Source of the DNA: an uncultured Candidatus Binatia bacterium
GTDB taxonomy: Bacteria; Desulfobacterota; Binatia; UBA9968; CAXXLF01
Assembly: GCA_965218425.1 (NCBI GenBank)
Contig: OZ244621.1
Span: forward strand, 608,001 to 672,000
Direction: 5' to 3'
Length of the DNA: 64,000 bases
Within the stretch, counting starts at the first letter, position 1. Each line of letters starts with the position of its first letter. A program made the translations under genes and the position numbers. Positions 61,890-64,000 of this stretch are shown here, in pieces. The notes under the pieces are model-generated. The model worked only from the letters and a program-made list of their open reading frames with translations. It did not search any database and had not been told where the DNA came from.

Positions 61890-62105
61890 ATGGCACTAGG
61901 CACGAAAACAGGTGGGAAACCGTTTGAACAGGGCAATAAGCTGGCAAAGGGCGGCCGCAGGAACCCGCCTGGAGGCAGACCCAGCAATGCCCAACTGGCA
62001 GCGAAGACGGCCATGATCGAGATTTGGGAGAAGGAACTCGCCAAGAAGGAAAGAAAAGTGGCGGCGCGCTATGCAGAGCAAGCTCTAAAAGATAACAGAG
62101 AAACC
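61890..62105 (+). pseudogene. Phage terminase-small-subunit/DUF5681-like N-terminal fragment, running into repeat copy D
   Basis: KPFEQGNK..GG..NP.GGRP motif. Confidence 0.45.
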
Positions 62106-62108
62106 GGT

Positions 62109-62241
62109 GTCATGCCTGCCTTTTTGCTATTTTGGGTTTCCTTCCCTTTCGGATTCCAACTTGTATTGCACCAGTTCTCTCTTGGAACGTCCTGTCCATT
62201 TAGAGGCGGTGCTCTAATTGGCCCAACCCACTGCTCGGACT
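62109..62241 (-). repeat. Repeat family X, copy D
   Basis: Matches copy E including the 5' extension GAGC.GTGGGTTG...CAATTAGA. Confidence 0.8.
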
Positions 62242-62242
62242 A

Positions 62243-62670
62243 TGGGGTCAGACTTTGACATTTGACATGATTCATCTCGCCTTCTCAAAAGTTATTGAGG
62301 GAGCACTAAAACTCTCCCGCCACGGTCGCCCCCCAGGTTGCACTGTCCCGACACCACGGGGCGGCGGCTGCCGCAATATGCGTCAAGACGCCGTCGCATG
62401 ACGTGGAGCGGCTCGGCCATGTCGTTCTTTGAAACCGCCGTCAGGCTTGCCCCTTTTCTATTCCGGGTTCCCTTCCCTTTCGGATTCCCGCTTGTATTGT
62501 GCCAATTCTCTTTTGGAACGTCCTGTCCATTTCCCGTCGATTGAATTTACCTGAGCGTATCGTTTGTGATAGTCTATCCCGACATAAAGCATGGGGTCTT
62601 GTCCTTTCAGGTTTGATGGCCGTTACAACCACCATCCTGCTGGAGCTTGACCCCTTTTTCATGTTACCCG
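62243..62670. repeat. ~430-bp direct repeat, copy 2 (contains X/IS110 copy C)
   Basis: Colinear with 61015-61444. Confidence 0.9.
62458..62592 (-). pseudogene. IS110-family transposase N-terminal remnant
   Basis: Translates as MLYVGIDYHKRYAQVNSIDGK..., the IS110 DEDD-domain start. Confidence 0.8.
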
Positions 62671-62720
62671 ATTCCGATTACGAAGCGATTGGCGGCCCTT
62701 CGAGGAGGCGGAACAGCCGG

Positions 62721-62972
62721 TCAGATCATCCCGCCCACGAATCCTTGCTTGCGAATCCTGGCCACCGGCTCGAGGCGCGCCTTCCTGGATCGGCACTCCC
62801 GGCAGCGAAGGAGAGGCTCCAGGTCCTCCAGGCGCATTCCGCGATGCACTTTTCCCGTCTCCGCCCGGGCCAGGAGATCGGCGGGCTCCAGGGCCGTCTC
62901 CCGGCCGCACGTCCCACACGCCGCGATGAAATACCAACCTCCCCCGGCGTAATCGCCCAGGCAAAGCGCCAC
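62721..62972 (-). CDS. Small Zn-finger-like protein (CxxC...CxxC)
   Basis: GTG overlaps the polymerase stop; CGTCGR...LRCRECRSR. Confidence 0.65.
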   Translation of the reverse strand: MALCLGDYAGGGWYFIAACGTCGRETALEPADLLARAETGKVHRGMRLEDLEPLLRCRECRSRKARLEPVARIRKQGFVGGMI

Positions 62973-64000
62973 TACTGGAAATCCTCCAACGCGGGAATGC
63001 GGCCGTACGCGATCTTGGCCCCGGCGTAGCCGCCCGCAGGAGCGCACCCGCCGTAGCCGATGACGGTGCGCGCATAGCGGCCGTTGATCGAATCGACGGC
63101 CGCGCTCACCCTCGCCCTGACCGACCCGGCATCCGGCTCTCCGAAAGGCAGCTCGGGCTGCACGCCGGCCGCCGGCATGAACCGGTCGAACGACACGGCG
63201 ATGCGGAACAGGGAGGCCCGGCCCCGCGCCTCGGCGAGCGCGGCCCAGAGCGCCGACAGGGCGCCGAGGCAAGTCAGGTCGTCGTTCGCTCCTGGGACGG
63301 CCGCCGCGGCCTTCCACGACGGCGCATCGAGGCAGTCGGCCGACAGGGTGAGCCTCCGGGCGAGGAACCCCTCCCGGCGCAAGCGCCGGGCCGCCTTCAC
63401 CACCAGTTGCCTGGCCATCGGCCGGGCTGACTGCGCGCCGCGCTCCCCCGGAGGCAGGACCCGGCCGTGGCCGATGGCGCCGCGTTGCGTCTGCGGCGCT
63501 TGCACCGCGTAGCCGTGCAGCGCGTACCAGCAGCGCGCCCCGCTCACATTGCCCCAGACCGCTCTCAGCCGTCCGGGTTCGCTTTTCCAAAGGTCTTCGA
63601 CCGTCGTTATCCCGGCCCGCCCCAGACGCGCGCGCATGCGCCCGCCGACTCCGGGCAATTCCTCCAGCCCGAGGTCGAGCAGCGGACCTGGCAGGTCGCC
63701 GGAAAGCAGCACCGTCAGGCCATCGGGCTTTTTCATGTCCGCGGCGATCTTGGCCAGCCACCTGTTGGGCGCACAGCCGATGGAGCAGGTGACGCGTTCC
63801 CCCACGGCTTCCCGCACGCCGGCCTTGATCCTTCCCGCGATCTCTTCGGGACGGTCCCGATCCTCCAGAACCATGGCGAGCTCGTCGATCGAGCAGATCA
63901 CATCGATCGGCAACACGGAGAGCACCGCCGCCACGATCCGCCGGTGGACGCGCACGTACAGGTCCGGCCGCTGCGCCACGAGAGCTATCCGGGAACACAG
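62972..64000 (-). CDS. Y-family (DinB/ImpB-like) DNA polymerase, 5' end outside the window
   Basis: SIDE, CSIG.APN.WLAKIA..KPDGL, LPGVG; visibly very GC-rich. Confidence 0.92.
   Translation of the reverse strand: MCSRIALVAQRPDLYVRVHRRIVAAVLSVLPIDVICSIDELAMVLEDRDRPEEIAGRIKAGVREAVGERVTCSIGCAPNRWLAKIAADMKKPDGLTVLLSGDLPGPLLDLGLEELPGVGGRMRARLGRAGITTVEDLWKSEPGRLRAVWGNVSGARCWYALHGYAVQAPQTQRGAIGHGRVLPPGERGAQSARPMARQLVVKAARRLRREGFLARRLTLSADCLDAPSWKAAAAVPGANDDLTCLGALSALWAALAEARGRASLFRIAVSFDRFMPAAGVQPELPFGEPDAGSVRARVSAAVDSINGRYARTVIGYGGCAPAGGYAGAKIAYGRIPALEDFQ

Noticed and set aside
38915..62670. Repeat families X/Y as a CRISPR array
   Set aside because: Copies are long, diverged, dispersed and in both orientations, with no regular spacers and no cas genes.
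62973..63998. N-terminal part of the 425-aa ORF 62721..63998
   Set aside because: Arg/Gly-rich alternative frame of the GC-rich polymerase; only the last 83 aa are retained as a gene.
1..64000. tRNA, rRNA, tmRNA, SRP or RNase P genes
   Set aside because: No diagnostic motifs were seen by eye; a covariance search was not possible.

Overview
The window has two distinct parts. (1) 1-~38,600 is ordinary chromosomal backbone. Gene content suggests a deltaproteobacterial-like organism; this is inference, not a taxonomic assignment. It carries sfsA, comF, gpmI, rsfS-nadD-proA-proB-obgE-rpmA-rplU, a TctABC transporter, recJ-secF-secD-yajC-tgt-queA, NfeD/slipin, a family-4 UDG, coaBC, mlaA, a deoxyhypusine-synthase-like gene, mobA, MFS transporters and a candidate 6S RNA after recJ. 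(2) ~38,700-64,000 is a mosaic defence/mobile island with three apparently intact multi-gene systems: (a) a BREX-related operon of DUF499-like ATPase, stand-alone PglZ, an inserted RHH-PIN TA pair, DUF1156 adenine methylase, a small ORF and an SNF2 helicase; (b) an HSP90-like GHKL ATPase overlapping a SIR2-HEAT protein; (c) a GHKL ATPase with no recognisable HisKA plus a tandem-PRTase protein. Between them are a NucS-like nuclease, an HNH-Excalibur protein, a truncated OLD/TOPRIM nuclease, integrase remnants, phage-like ORFs and a Y-family polymerase with a Zn-finger partner. Several module junctions carry a family of small repeats: five copies of an apparent RAYT-transposase 3' end (three fused to the left end and start of an IS110 transposase) plus GGGGTCA-terminated ends. 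All family calls come from motif recognition by eye; no searches were run.
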